Origin: a virus
Taxonomy: Duplodnaviria > Heunggongvirae > Uroviricota > Caudoviricetes
Direction: 5' to 3' (one strand)
Virus record (IMG/VR): IMGVR_UViG_3300005329_000001
DNA length: 64,000 nucleotides
Below the pieces are notes generated by a model that worked only from the letters and a program-made list of their open reading frames with translations, had not been told where the DNA came from and searched no databases. Every line of letters begins with the position of its first letter. Position 1 is the first letter of the stretch. Both the position numbers and the translations under genes were made by a program. Positions 43,848-53,902 of the stretch are shown one piece after another.

Positions 43848-46800
43848 GTGTCGGTACCGACGAGGCTATGCCGAGCTGCTGTGTGGGCGCTTGCGCTCTT
43901 CACAGCATCTGCAGCACTTGCACAATCCCCTTCGCCGACGCCGTCATACACCACGATTCAAAATGGTGGAACGGCTCTGCCTCAGAGGCGCATCGCCAAT
44001 TTCAGCGGTGCGCTCCAGGCGACGGATAATTCCGGGTCGAACAGAACCGACGTCACTATTCCGAACGGCTCGATCGGCAATGCGCTTCTCGCCAACTCGA
44101 CGATCAGCATCCAGGGATCGTCTCCACTCGGTGGTGGCAGCCCGACCGTTCCTCTTGGTGGCTCTGTTCTTCTGACCTGCGCTACCTGCCTCACCGGCAC
44201 TCCTACCGCCGGCGGCGACCTCATGTACTCGATCAGTGGTGGCCAGGCCATGGCCCCGCTGGCAGATGTTGCGGCCGGCTCCTATCTGCGAAGCGGAGGT
44301 GTTGGAGCTCTGCCGCTGTGGTCGACGCTCAAACTTCCGAATGCGGCTACTACCGGCGATATTCTCATCGCCACTGGTACGAACTCGATTGGCAGCTTGG
44401 CGGATGTCGCGACTGGATCAGTTCTCGTCTCTGGCGGAGTTGGAACGGCGCCGACGTGGAGCACGTCTCTTCCATCTGGCGTGCTCCCCAGCGTTGGCCC
44501 GGGTGCCGGAACGTACACCTGGTCAACGGGTGATAGCGTCGGACTCGATGCGCAGGGACGAGTCACTGCCGTCACAAACGTCACCCGCACGCTGACAGGC
44601 GGAACAGGCATCAATGCGATCGGAGACCTCTCCGCCGACCGCACGATCTCAGTCAATCAGGGATTCAGCCCAACCTGGACCGGAACGCATACGTTTACGC
44701 TGGCCCCAGTCATTGGTGACGGTACGGGAACGACGAAATCGATCTCGTTCGACAACCTCGCCGGGCTTGGAACGCTGAGCTGGAATCCGAGCACGACGAG
44801 AACGCTTACCCTCCCAGACGCAACCGATACCATTGTCGGCCGGGCTACCGCTGACACGCTGACGAACAAGACAATCAGCGGCGCCTCCAACACGCTGACC
44901 AACATCGGCAACGGCTCGCTGACCAACAGCTCCGTCACCATCAACACCACAGCACCGGTGGGCGGCGGAGGAACAGTCTCTCTTGGCGGCTCGCTTACGC
45001 TGACTTGCAGCACTTGCCTTGTTGGAACACCGACGGCAACTGGCGACATCCTGTACTCGACCGCGGGAGGCCAGTCACTCTCTCCGCTCGCCGACGTCGC
45101 GGTCGGATCATACCTGCGGAGCGGAGGCGTTGGTGCTGCGCCTCTTTGGTCTACACTCATTCTCCCGAACGCAGCGACTACGGGTGACCTATTCGCGGCG
45201 AGCGCCTCGAATACGATGGGTCGAATCACCGCTGTTGCGGTGAACCAAGTCCTTCTGTCACAGGGCGTCGGGACTCTTCCTGCGTGGGGAACTGTCCCGA
45301 ATGCGGCTCTGACGAACAGCTCCATCACCATCTCTACAACTTCGCCAATCACTGGCGGTACCACAGTGTCGCTGGGCGGTACTGTCACTCTCGCCTGCGC
45401 GACTTGCATCGTTGGTACACCGTCAGCGATCGGCGATATCCTCTACTCGACGAGCGGCGGTCAGGCCATGACCGCGCTCGCAGACGTTGCTGCTGGCTCG
45501 TACCTCCGCTCGGGAGGCTCGTCTGCCGCACCGCTCTGGTCGACGCTGACTCTTCCGAACGCCGCAACGACGGGCGATCTGTTGGCTGCCACAGCCACGA
45601 ACGCAGTCGGCCGCATCACTGCTGTCGCGGTGAATCAGGTTCTTCTGTCGCAGGGCACAGGAACACTACCTGCTTGGGGAACCGTTCCGAACGCAGCACT
45701 GACGAATAGCTCGGTCACGATCAGCACGACCGGCCCTCTTGGAGGCGGTGGGTCCGTCTCCTTGGGCGGCACGCTTACTCTTACCTGCACAACCTGCCTC
45801 ACTGGTACCCCGACAACTACCGGCGACCTGATGTACTCGACGTCCGGCGGACAGGCAATGTCTCGCCTCGCCGACGTCACTGCTGGCTCCTATCTACGGT
45901 CTGGCGGAACGGCGGCTGCTCCAGTCTGGTCGACACTGGCCTTGCCCAATGCGGCGACAACGGGCGACATCCTTTACGCAACTGGATCGAATACAATCGG
46001 CAACCTTGCAGATGTCGCGACGAACCAAGTGCTGCTCTCTGGCGGCGTTGGTGTTGCGCCGTCTTGGGGTACAGTTCCGAATGCGGCGCTAGCCAACAGC
46101 TCCATCACCGTCACGGGAACGGCGGGGCAGATCAGCGTCAGCGGCAGCCCTGTCTCTCTCGGAGGCACGGTCACCATCGGTCTTCCGAACGTCGGCCCTG
46201 GTGCTGGCACGATCGGCGGTGGCGGCAACTTCATCAGCTCAGTCACTCTCGATGCGCAGGGCCGGGTTACGGCGGCTACATCGAGCGGAGTTAGCGGTAC
46301 GATCGGTGGCTTGACCTCTGGGCGTATCCCTGTCGCCTCGAGCTCGACGACACTTGCCGACTCGAATCTGACGTGGGCGAGCAATACTCTCGATGCAACC
46401 GTCAGCGCTGTCACTCTCGGTGGCACAATGCTCACACTTCAGTGGGCAAGTGGAACGAGCAAGACGCTCAATGTTGCGACGGCTGCGGCTGACACTGCTG
46501 GAACGACTTTCACCGTTCAGGCTGGTAATGGCGGTGCCGCTTCAGCGACGGGTGGTGGCAGCGGCGCAACTCTTAACCTGAACGGCGGAACCGGCGGCGC
46601 GGGCACTGCCTCGCTGACTGGTGGCGCGGGTGGCCAGAGTGTCATCCAGGGTGCTTCTGGCGGCGCTGGCACGGCTACGGCCCTTGGTGGCAACGGTGGC
46701 GCAGGTACTGTTCGTGGTGGGCCTGGTGGAACGAATAACGGCGCAGGTGGTGGTACTGCTGGTACTGCATCAATTCGAGGCGGCACGGGTGTCGCCCCCA

Positions 46801-49800
46801 GCGGCAGCAATAACACCGGCGCGGCGGGCGGTCTAACACAAGTTCTTGGCGCCATCCCTGCCGACGGTACCGCATCGGCTGTTGGCGGCGCTGCTGGTGC
46901 GATTCAGATCAGTGGCCAGGCAGGTGGCGCAGATAATGGTGCCGGTGCAGGTACTGGGTCCTCAATTACCATCACCGCCGGCATTGGTCGAGCGGGTCTC
47001 GCAAGCAGTGGCAACAGTGGCTCTTCGGCGGGTGCAATTACCATCTCGAGCGCTCAGAGTGGCAACGGCGGTTCTGGCGTTACGAACGGCAATGGTGGTA
47101 ATGGCGCTACGAGCGCAGCGTGGGCATGGACCGCGAACAAGGGTGGCGACGCCGGAGCAGGTAACGGCACTGGCAACGGCGGCATCGGCGGTAATGGTGC
47201 AGCGTGGACCATTCAGGCTGGCGCAGGCGGGCAGGGTGGTACCGGAACGGCCCCAGGCGCCTCGGGCACGGGCGGAACCCTCACACTGCAGTCCGGCAAT
47301 GGCGGTCTCGTCCAGGGTAGCAATGGTGGAGCGAGCGCTGGCAACGTCGTCATCGATACGGGCACCACTTCTGGGTCAGCAGCAGCCGGCACCATCACCA
47401 TCGGTGGGACCAACAGTGGTCAGGTGAGCATCGGCCGCTCTGGCCAGAACATCATCATCCCAGGCGGCATTGTCCGCGCCACCACTCCAGGCACTGGCGT
47501 GGCCGGCACTGCTCTACTCTTCGGCCAAGGCAACGGTGGCAACGGCTCTGGTGCGACGCCTGGTGGTGCTGGTGGCACTGCCACGCTGTTTGCGGGCCAG
47601 GGTGGTACGGCGACGACTACGTCTGGAGGCACTGCTGGTGTTGGTGGTGCGGCGACTGTGCAGGGCGGTCAGGGCGGCACGGGCGCGGCTTCGACAAACG
47701 GCCCAGGCAACGGTGGTGGCGTCAACATCAATGGTGGCTCGGGCGGTACTTCTGGCGGCACTGGCGGCGGCAACGGCGGCTCGGTCGCAATCAATGGTGG
47801 TGCTCTATCCGGCACGGGCGTCAACGGCTCAATCACCATTGGAACGACCTCGACGGCCGGAATCACCATCGGCGGTACTACTCTTACAACGGGGCCGATC
47901 TTCAATACGGCGAGCGCAACGTCTTACGTCTGGCGCTTCAACAATACGACCAACCTGACGCTGTCCGCCTCGATCCTGCAGTTCTCGGGAACGGCCAACG
48001 CTACGTACAACATCGGGACGGCTGCGACAGACGTCGCGGGCAAGAACCTCACGGTGAACGCGGGCAACGCCGGCACCGCTTCGACGGTGAATGGCCAGAG
48101 CGGCGGCACGATGACCGTTCGCGCTGGTGCCGGTGCGGCTGCTACCAGCACCCTCTTCGCGGGCGACGGTGGGCCGACCAGCCTCACGGGCGGTACGGGT
48201 GGTGCTGGATCGGCGGCGCAGGCGTCTGGCAACGGCGGCCTTCTCACGATTGCAGGTGGTGATGCGGGAGCTGATGGTGGAGCCGGACAGGGCAACGGTG
48301 GTGGCGTTACTATCAGCGGTGGCAACACGGTCTCCGGCTCATTCGGCAATATCAATATCTGCACCACCAACACCAACAACTGCAATATTGGCGCGACCGG
48401 AATCTCCCTCGCACTGAATTTCAGTGACGGCACTACGCAGACAACGGCCTATACCGCAGCCGCTAATACGCTCTCTTCGGTATATGCGCACGGATCAACG
48501 ACGGGAAATCAAACGATCACGACGTCCTCCGCCAATGGTGGTGGCGTCATCATTGCCAACAACGGCACCGTCGCTGACACGCTCATTGTGAAGGATGGCT
48601 TTGGTACTGCCGTCATCGATGTGCAGACGGTTGGTAGTCCCGCCAATGTCGCAATTGGCGGCACGATGTCGATCAACAACACGCTCACTATCTCTGGAAC
48701 CAGCCAGGCCATCGCCTTCGGAGGTGGCGATCTGGCGATGGACATCGGCTCCAATGCGGCTCGTGGTCGCAACTTCTTTGCCTCGCAGTTGACAGCAGGT
48801 ACGGTGGCGGCTGCGAACGACACCGCTGGCACGCCTTTGGCCCTCGGAGCTCAGCTTGGAGGCCCAGGTAGTTCAGTTGCTGGTGGAGCCGGTGGTGATA
48901 TCTCCGTCGTTGCTGGCGGCGGCGGAAATGGGTTTGCGTTTGCGCCTGGTGCTGCTGGCCGAGTCTTCATAACTGCCGGTGCAGGAAATACAAGCAGCGG
49001 AAGCAGCGCTACTGTTGGCGGTGCGGTCAACATCAATGGCGGTGTCGGTGGTAATAGCGGCGGTTCTGGCCTAGCTGTTGGCGCCGGTGGCGCGGTCAAT
49101 ATTACTGGCGGTAATGCAGGCACGTGGACTACGGGAGCTACGGGCGGCGCCGGTGGTGCCGTTGTGCTCACGGGTGGAACTCCGGCATCAAGTGCCGCTG
49201 CGACTGGCGGCGGTATCCAACTCAACGCTGCTGCGGGTTCCGTTGGTAGCTCAAGCGCAGCCCCTGGCGCAGGTGGCTCGATTCAGCTCTTGGCCGGTGC
49301 TGGTAACACGATGATCTCCGGCTTCACTGGATCTGGCGCACAGGGTGGTGCGGTTACGATCACCGCTGGTGCCGGTAGCGATTCGAGCGGAACGGCGACG
49401 ACGTCTGGCGCTGCAGGAACGGTCACTATCACGGCGGGTAAGGGCGGCGCCGGTGGTGCGTCAGATGGTGGTGCTGTGGGCGGCGCTGCGGCTCTTATCG
49501 CTGGTGCTGGCGGAGCAAATAATAACGGATCTGCTTCTGGTAACGGTGGCGCTGCATCTTTGCAGGGTGGAGCAGGTGGAGCGACCAACAACAACTCCAT
49601 CTCTGGCGGAACTGGCGGTGCCGCTCAAATCATCGGCGGAAACGGTGGAAACGGCAGTGCCCAGGGCCCCCCAGGTCCTGGTGGTAACGTCACCATCACC
49701 GCTGGCAACTCAGGCTCTGTTGGTGCGTTCGGCGGCAACGTCAACGGTGGCAGTGTCACGATCGATGGCGGAACGAAGGTCAACAGTGGCACCGCCGGCA

Positions 49801-50660
49801 CCATCACGATTGGTGGCACCAACGCGAGCGCGGTCAATATCGGCCGCTCTGGTATTACGACGACGATCACTGGTGGCCTCACTCAGTTGACTGGCGCCAT
49901 CAGTCTGACCGGCAATGCAGCGTCCACCATCACGACGAGCAGCGGTAACACTACGGTCGACTCTGCCGCGGCGCTGCAGCTTGGCACCTCGAACGCTACC
50001 AGCGTCTCGATCTCGAAGACGGGCGTTCGTTCGACGGTCAATGGCACCTTCAACGTTGCCTCGCAGTCGGCACCAGGATCTCCGACCAACGGCGATGTCT
50101 GGACCGACTCGACTCAGAGTGCTCTCGCTACCCAGCAGCTCGGCCTCAAGCAGATGCTGCAGGGAACCGCCTTCTCTTCAACGGCGAACGGTACGGTCAA
50201 CACTGCTACCACTGCCACGATCGTCGGCACCGGCGTTGGAACGGCCACCCTCCCAGCGAACTTCTGTGCGGCGGGCAAGACCCTGCATATTCACAACGGT
50301 GGGGTCATCACCACTACGGCGACGCCAGGCAACTTCACCTGGCTCATCAAGCTGGGAGCCACAACAATCGCAACGACTGGCGCCCTCAGCACGGTTGGAG
50401 CGTCGCTCACCACGAAGGGCTATGACGTCGATGCATTCCTGACCTTCCGCACCTGTGGATCGAGCGGCACGGTCATGGTCGACGGCAACGTCATCTTCCC
50501 GACCTCGACTACCGCTCGTGGTTTCGCCGATTTGAACAACAACGGCGGTACGACCACCATCAATACGACAGGATCTCTTGCCGTCGACGTGCAAGCTACT
50601 CTCAGCGCTGCCAGCCAGACTGTCTCTGGAACCGTCACCACTGTTGAAGTCCTGAACTAA
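43848..50660 (+). CDS. Giant secreted fibre or adhesin-like protein (2270 aa): Sec-type signal peptide, about 390-nt tandem CxTC beta-repeats, an about 1100-aa Gly-rich low-complexity region and a distinct C-terminal domain
   Basis: GTG start with RBS GGAGGA. Signal peptide MSVPTRLCRAAVWALALFTASAALA-QS. Five copies of a repeat carrying the conserved segment VSLGGTLTLTCxTCLxGTPTxxGDxxYSTSGGQAMxxLADVxAGSYLRSGG. Long GGxGGxG tracts from about 46500 to 49900. Confidence 0.7.
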   Translation: MSVPTRLCRAAVWALALFTASAALAQSPSPTPSYTTIQNGGTALPQRRIANFSGALQATDNSGSNRTDVTIPNGSIGNALLANSTISIQGSSPLGGGSPTVPLGGSVLLTCATCLTGTPTAGGDLMYSISGGQAMAPLADVAAGSYLRSGGVGALPLWSTLKLPNAATTGDILIATGTNSIGSLADVATGSVLVSGGVGTAPTWSTSLPSGVLPSVGPGAGTYTWSTGDSVGLDAQGRVTAVTNVTRTLTGGTGINAIGDLSADRTISVNQGFSPTWTGTHTFTLAPVIGDGTGTTKSISFDNLAGLGTLSWNPSTTRTLTLPDATDTIVGRATADTLTNKTISGASNTLTNIGNGSLTNSSVTINTTAPVGGGGTVSLGGSLTLTCSTCLVGTPTATGDILYSTAGGQSLSPLADVAVGSYLRSGGVGAAPLWSTLILPNAATTGDLFAASASNTMGRITAVAVNQVLLSQGVGTLPAWGTVPNAALTNSSITISTTSPITGGTTVSLGGTVTLACATCIVGTPSAIGDILYSTSGGQAMTALADVAAGSYLRSGGSSAAPLWSTLTLPNAATTGDLLAATATNAVGRITAVAVNQVLLSQGTGTLPAWGTVPNAALTNSSVTISTTGPLGGGGSVSLGGTLTLTCTTCLTGTPTTTGDLMYSTSGGQAMSRLADVTAGSYLRSGGTAAAPVWSTLALPNAATTGDILYATGSNTIGNLADVATNQVLLSGGVGVAPSWGTVPNAALANSSITVTGTAGQISVSGSPVSLGGTVTIGLPNVGPGAGTIGGGGNFISSVTLDAQGRVTAATSSGVSGTIGGLTSGRIPVASSSTTLADSNLTWASNTLDATVSAVTLGGTMLTLQWASGTSKTLNVATAAADTAGTTFTVQAGNGGAASATGGGSGATLNLNGGTGGAGTASLTGGAGGQSVIQGASGGAGTATALGGNGGAGTVRGGPGGTNNGAGGGTAGTASIRGGTGVAPSGSNNTGAAGGLTQVLGAIPADGTASAVGGAAGAIQISGQAGGADNGAGAGTGSSITITAGIGRAGLASSGNSGSSAGAITISSAQSGNGGSGVTNGNGGNGATSAAWAWTANKGGDAGAGNGTGNGGIGGNGAAWTIQAGAGGQGGTGTAPGASGTGGTLTLQSGNGGLVQGSNGGASAGNVVIDTGTTSGSAAAGTITIGGTNSGQVSIGRSGQNIIIPGGIVRATTPGTGVAGTALLFGQGNGGNGSGATPGGAGGTATLFAGQGGTATTTSGGTAGVGGAATVQGGQGGTGAASTNGPGNGGGVNINGGSGGTSGGTGGGNGGSVAINGGALSGTGVNGSITIGTTSTAGITIGGTTLTTGPIFNTASATSYVWRFNNTTNLTLSASILQFSGTANATYNIGTAATDVAGKNLTVNAGNAGTASTVNGQSGGTMTVRAGAGAAATSTLFAGDGGPTSLTGGTGGAGSAAQASGNGGLLTIAGGDAGADGGAGQGNGGGVTISGGNTVSGSFGNINICTTNTNNCNIGATGISLALNFSDGTTQTTAYTAAANTLSSVYAHGSTTGNQTITTSSANGGGVIIANNGTVADTLIVKDGFGTAVIDVQTVGSPANVAIGGTMSINNTLTISGTSQAIAFGGGDLAMDIGSNAARGRNFFASQLTAGTVAAANDTAGTPLALGAQLGGPGSSVAGGAGGDISVVAGGGGNGFAFAPGAAGRVFITAGAGNTSSGSSATVGGAVNINGGVGGNSGGSGLAVGAGGAVNITGGNAGTWTTGATGGAGGAVVLTGGTPASSAAATGGGIQLNAAAGSVGSSSAAPGAGGSIQLLAGAGNTMISGFTGSGAQGGAVTITAGAGSDSSGTATTSGAAGTVTITAGKGGAGGASDGGAVGGAAALIAGAGGANNNGSASGNGGAASLQGGAGGATNNNSISGGTGGAAQIIGGNGGNGSAQGPPGPGGNVTITAGNSGSVGAFGGNVNGGSVTIDGGTKVNSGTAGTITIGGTNASAVNIGRSGITTTITGGLTQLTGAISLTGNAASTITTSSGNTTVDSAAALQLGTSNATSVSISKTGVRSTVNGTFNVASQSAPGSPTNGDVWTDSTQSALATQQLGLKQMLQGTAFSSTANGTVNTATTATIVGTGVGTATLPANFCAAGKTLHIHNGGVITTTATPGNFTWLIKLGATTIATTGALSTVGASLTTKGYDVDAFLTFRTCGSSGTVMVDGNVIFPTSTTARGFADLNNNGGTTTINTTGSLAVDVQATLSAASQTVSGTVTTVEVLN
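44908..46200 (+). repeat. Tandem array (about 3.3 copies, period 390 nt) of diverged in-frame repeats inside the giant gene. One further copy lies at about 44088-44480.
   Basis: Copies start at about 44908, 45301, 45691 and 46081. They are about 70% identical at nucleotide level and 75-80% at protein level. Each copy carries a CxTC pair. Confidence 0.65.
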
Positions 50661-50699
50661 GTGGTACAAAGGGGACGGGCAATCACTGAGAGGCCAACC

Positions 50700-51035
50700 A
50701 TGAAGATCCTGATCCCGATCCTAGCTCTGCTGCTCTCGACCGTCGCGCTCGCCGAGCCCAAGCCGTCTCCTCCCTTGAACTTGCCATCCAAGATGGCGAT
50801 CACGGACGCCCTCAAGCTCACGGCTGCGTGGGCGAACCGAAAGCGGATCTATGAGACGGCGAGGGCTGATGCGGCGGTCTTTGACATGGAGATCGCGCGC
50901 ATTTGCAAGCAGTACAAGATCGATCCGAACCAGCTCACCGTCACGGTTGGTGTGGACCCGGATTCCGGCGAGATTCAGCGCGCTCGCCCGCCCGAGCCGC
51001 CGAAGCCCGAGAAGGCTGAGCCAAGCAAGAAGTAA
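50700..51035 (+). CDS. Small secreted protein (111 aa) with a Sec signal peptide
   Basis: Product MKILIPILALLLSTVALAEP. Lys/Pro-rich C-terminus. Confidence 0.5.
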   Translation: MKILIPILALLLSTVALAEPKPSPPLNLPSKMAITDALKLTAAWANRKRIYETARADAAVFDMEIARICKQYKIDPNQLTVTVGVDPDSGEIQRARPPEPPKPEKAEPSKK

Positions 51036-51075
51036 GGCTCTCTGACCAGGGAGCGGAGACGGAGGACGTTTAGAG

Positions 51076-51579
51076 ATGGCCAGCCCCCACGTTGTTGGCT
51101 TTGCATTGTTCAGCAATGTCGACGGATCTCCGCTCACTGGTCAGTCGCCGACCTTCTTGACGTACTGCGACGAGACTGGTTCAGACATTCTTCCGAAGCC
51201 ACCCATCACTGAGGTGAAAGGTGGCTTGTACGTCTTCACTCCATCATTCCACGCGAATCACCTGCTCTGCTACGTGATCGACGCTGGAGCGAGCTCGCTC
51301 AGTCGCTACTATTCGGACATCCTTCGTCCAGAGAGCTTCGACGTCGACCAGATCGCGGCAGCGGCCACCAACGCAGCCAGTGCGGCCACCGCCGCGACGA
51401 ATGCGGAAGCCGTCTCTGTCATCGTGAGGAAGATTCAGACCAACAGGTGGATCGTTGCGTCCAACCAGCTCATCATCTACGACGACGACCGGACGACGCC
51501 GCTCTACACGTTCAACCTCTTCGACCAGAACGGTATCCCGTCGATGACGAGCATCTTCCAGCGCGTTCCGACGCCGTAG
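51076..51579 (+). CDS. Hypothetical protein (167 aa)
   Basis: ORF track. Confidence 0.5.
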   Translation: MASPHVVGFALFSNVDGSPLTGQSPTFLTYCDETGSDILPKPPITEVKGGLYVFTPSFHANHLLCYVIDAGASSLSRYYSDILRPESFDVDQIAAAATNAASAATAATNAEAVSVIVRKIQTNRWIVASNQLIIYDDDRTTPLYTFNLFDQNGIPSMTSIFQRVPTP

Positions 51580-51588
51580 CGAGGAGCC

Positions 51589-52566
51589 ATGACCGCGACA
51601 CTTCTGACATTCAACATCCCTCTCGACCAGCTCCAGAATGTATTGGCGCTGTACGACCATATGCAGGTCTGGCGGTCGACGACTGGGTCGAGCGGCACAT
51701 ACACCGAGATCACCGGCTCGCCGGAGACCGCGGCCGTGGCGAAGAGTACCACCTCACCACCGTGGGCGGTCTCTGGGCTCGTGCTCAACGTCTCCCTGAG
51801 CAGTGCCGACCCAGTCGCCATCACCTTCCACGACGCCAACACCGGCCCAGGCCCGCTTCGAATCGAAGACGTCGTTCAGCAAATCAATCTGGCGATTCCT
51901 GGCCTGGCTCAGATCGACCCAGACGACAACGCTGTCTTCGACTTGACCAACCCGCTCACCGGCACCGGCTCGACGATCTTGCTCACGGGCAACGCGCTCG
52001 TGGTCTTCGGTCTTCCTTCGACTCTTCAGAGCGGAGTTGCGCCGAGAATCTTGATCGGGCTCCTGAACACCCAGTACAAGTTCACGGACCTCGGCGGAGA
52101 TCCCACCTACTGGTACAAGACGAGGTACTGGAGCTCAAAGACCAACGCGGTTTCAGCCTTCTCGACACCCCAACAGGCGAATCCGTCTCAGGTTTTGGCC
52201 AATGGAAGCCTCGTCTTGGCGACCGTTGACCTCGTCTCGGTTACCGGTGCGCCAGTCGTCGGTCGGCGCATAATTATCGTGCCTGTGGTGATGCAACAAT
52301 TCCTAAACGGTAGTATAGACTATGGCTTACTACCGAGCAGCGATAGGATCGAGCTGACCACAGATGCATCTGGGCATGCGCAGACAAACCTGGTCGTCGG
52401 TTCCACGATTCGGGTCTTCTTCGAGGGCTCCGGCTACTCGCGTGAGTGCGTCGTGCCCGCGGCTCAATCACCGGCCACGAGCATCGACCTCTTGGCCATT
52501 CTCTCGACGCAGCCAGATCCCTTCTCCATCGTCCAAGCTCCCCCCATGCCCATCCGAGAGGGATAA
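51589..52566 (+). CDS. Putative fibre or adhesin component (325 aa)
   Basis: RBS GAGGAG. C-terminal beta-sandwich-like segment VVGRRIIIVPV...TTDASGHAQTNLVVGSTIRVFFEGSGY. Confidence 0.5.
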   Translation: MTATLLTFNIPLDQLQNVLALYDHMQVWRSTTGSSGTYTEITGSPETAAVAKSTTSPPWAVSGLVLNVSLSSADPVAITFHDANTGPGPLRIEDVVQQINLAIPGLAQIDPDDNAVFDLTNPLTGTGSTILLTGNALVVFGLPSTLQSGVAPRILIGLLNTQYKFTDLGGDPTYWYKTRYWSSKTNAVSAFSTPQQANPSQVLANGSLVLATVDLVSVTGAPVVGRRIIIVPVVMQQFLNGSIDYGLLPSSDRIELTTDASGHAQTNLVVGSTIRVFFEGSGYSRECVVPAAQSPATSIDLLAILSTQPDPFSIVQAPPMPIREG

Positions 52567-53507
52567 TGTCGACGCCAGTCCAACTGACCGTCCAGGACGA
52601 CCAGCCGTCGCCGCAGCCCGTCCAGTCAGTGGTGGTGCAGATCTACACCACGCTTGGCGCGCTCGTTACGTCGGGGACAACGGACAGCAGTGGGAACGTT
52701 TCCTTCCTGCTCCCCGATGGGCCGTACAACGTCCTGTTCTACAAGCAAGGCGTCTCGATCCTGCCAAGGCAGCCGCAGCGGATCGTGGTCGATTCGCTCG
52801 CGATCTCGAACAACTTTCTCGTCTCGAGTCACGTCTCCACCTTGCCCGAATCACCAGATCCTCTTCGGTGCAGGGCTTCGGGCGACCTTCTGGGCGTGGA
52901 CGGCCTTCCGATTCACGACTTGCGGATCTCGTTTCGACCGACGACCGACCTGCAAGTGGTCGGAGGAAATCTGGTCTCAGTGCAGTCGCAGATAGAGGTC
53001 AAGCCGGACCAGAACGGACACTTCCAGTTCGACCTACTGCGCGGGGTCGTCTACAAGGCCTACCTGAGAGCGGTCGACAGCTTCCCGATCCTGGGTATCG
53101 ACCCACTGGCGCTGGACGTGATCGGGCCCCCGCTTCCAGCGGTGTCGTTGGTGAACTTGCTGTTTCCATTGCCGGTCCTGGTGGAGTTCTCAGTGGACTC
53201 TATTTCCATTCCGCTCGCGGCGGGGCCGAACGGGGACGCAACGCTGGGAACAATTCACTACGCGGACGGAACGACGAGCGGGACAACTCCCAGCAATCGG
53301 ACACAGCTACCGCCCTTCGCAAGGCTCGACTACGTCTACTCGGATCCCGATCTCTTCAGCATCATCCTGTCGAACGGAAGCACACAGGTGACGCCGTACA
53401 AGACGGGAACCGGAACCGTCACCTTAGTTCGGTCCCTGCCGCAGTCGATCTTCTGGCCAAGCCCGCCGGCCTTCATCAGCGAGACCCTGACTGTAACAAT
53501 CACCTAG
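52566..53507 (+). CDS. Fibre or adhesin-like protein with a carboxypeptidase-regulatory-like (CarboxypepD_reg/Cna-B-type) beta-sandwich domain
   Basis: VVVQIYTTLGALVTSGTTDSSGNVSFLLPDGPYNVLFYKQG matches the TDxxGxxxFxxLPxGxY pattern. Confidence 0.55.
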   Translation: MSTPVQLTVQDDQPSPQPVQSVVVQIYTTLGALVTSGTTDSSGNVSFLLPDGPYNVLFYKQGVSILPRQPQRIVVDSLAISNNFLVSSHVSTLPESPDPLRCRASGDLLGVDGLPIHDLRISFRPTTDLQVVGGNLVSVQSQIEVKPDQNGHFQFDLLRGVVYKAYLRAVDSFPILGIDPLALDVIGPPLPAVSLVNLLFPLPVLVEFSVDSISIPLAAGPNGDATLGTIHYADGTTSGTTPSNRTQLPPFARLDYVYSDPDLFSIILSNGSTQVTPYKTGTGTVTLVRSLPQSIFWPSPPAFISETLTVTIT

Positions 53508-53902
53508 TCGACTACGTCAAGCGCCTGGCGGCCAGCCTCCCGTCTCCGCCTCCAGAGCGCTATGCTCCGGTCCGCCTTCTCTGGATCAAAGTCATCATCA
53601 GAGCGGCGTTCGATTTTGCTCTCTACAAGAGCCACCGCGATCTGAAGCTCCGCAAGTTCGCGCTGGACGCCGAGCGTTGGCTCTTCGATCCGTCCCGCCT
53701 CGTCAATAGCCTCGAGAACATCTGCCACGCCCTCGACATCAATGTTGAGCTCGTGCGGGCATTCTCAAGACGAGTGACGAGAGAACAGGTCAAGAAGATG
53801 GAGTTCCTGGAGCGGACCGGCAGTAGAGATTCGACGAAGGCCTTCTTGGCTGTCCTCGGCTCTTCGTCTTCTCGTGATGAAGAGGGTGAGGATGGCGACT
53901 AG
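53508..53902 (+). other. Coding-like segment (about 130 codons, strong GC3 bias) with no in-frame ATG/GTG/TTG for its first about 80 codons. It is in the -1 frame relative to the upstream fibre gene.
   Basis: It is the tail of ORF-track entry 52364..53902. The translation reads VDYVKRLAASLPSPPPERYAPVRLLWIKVIIRAAFDFALYKSHRDLKLRKFALDAERWLFDPSRLVNSLENICHALDINVELVRAF...EEGEDGD. GC3 is about 80%, like bona fide genes here. Confidence 0.3.

Noticed and set aside
46500-49900. Highly repetitive GGNGGNGGN nucleotide tract considered as a possible CRISPR, VNTR or non-coding repeat
   Set aside because: It is in frame within the 2270-aa ORF and encodes Gly-rich low-complexity protein. There is no spacer-repeat periodicity.
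52364-53507. 5' part of the 512-aa ORF 52364..53902
   Set aside because: It overlaps the fibre-like gene 52566..53507 out of frame and gives a garbage-like translation. Only the 3' 390 nt (53508-53902) look coding, and I report that part separately.
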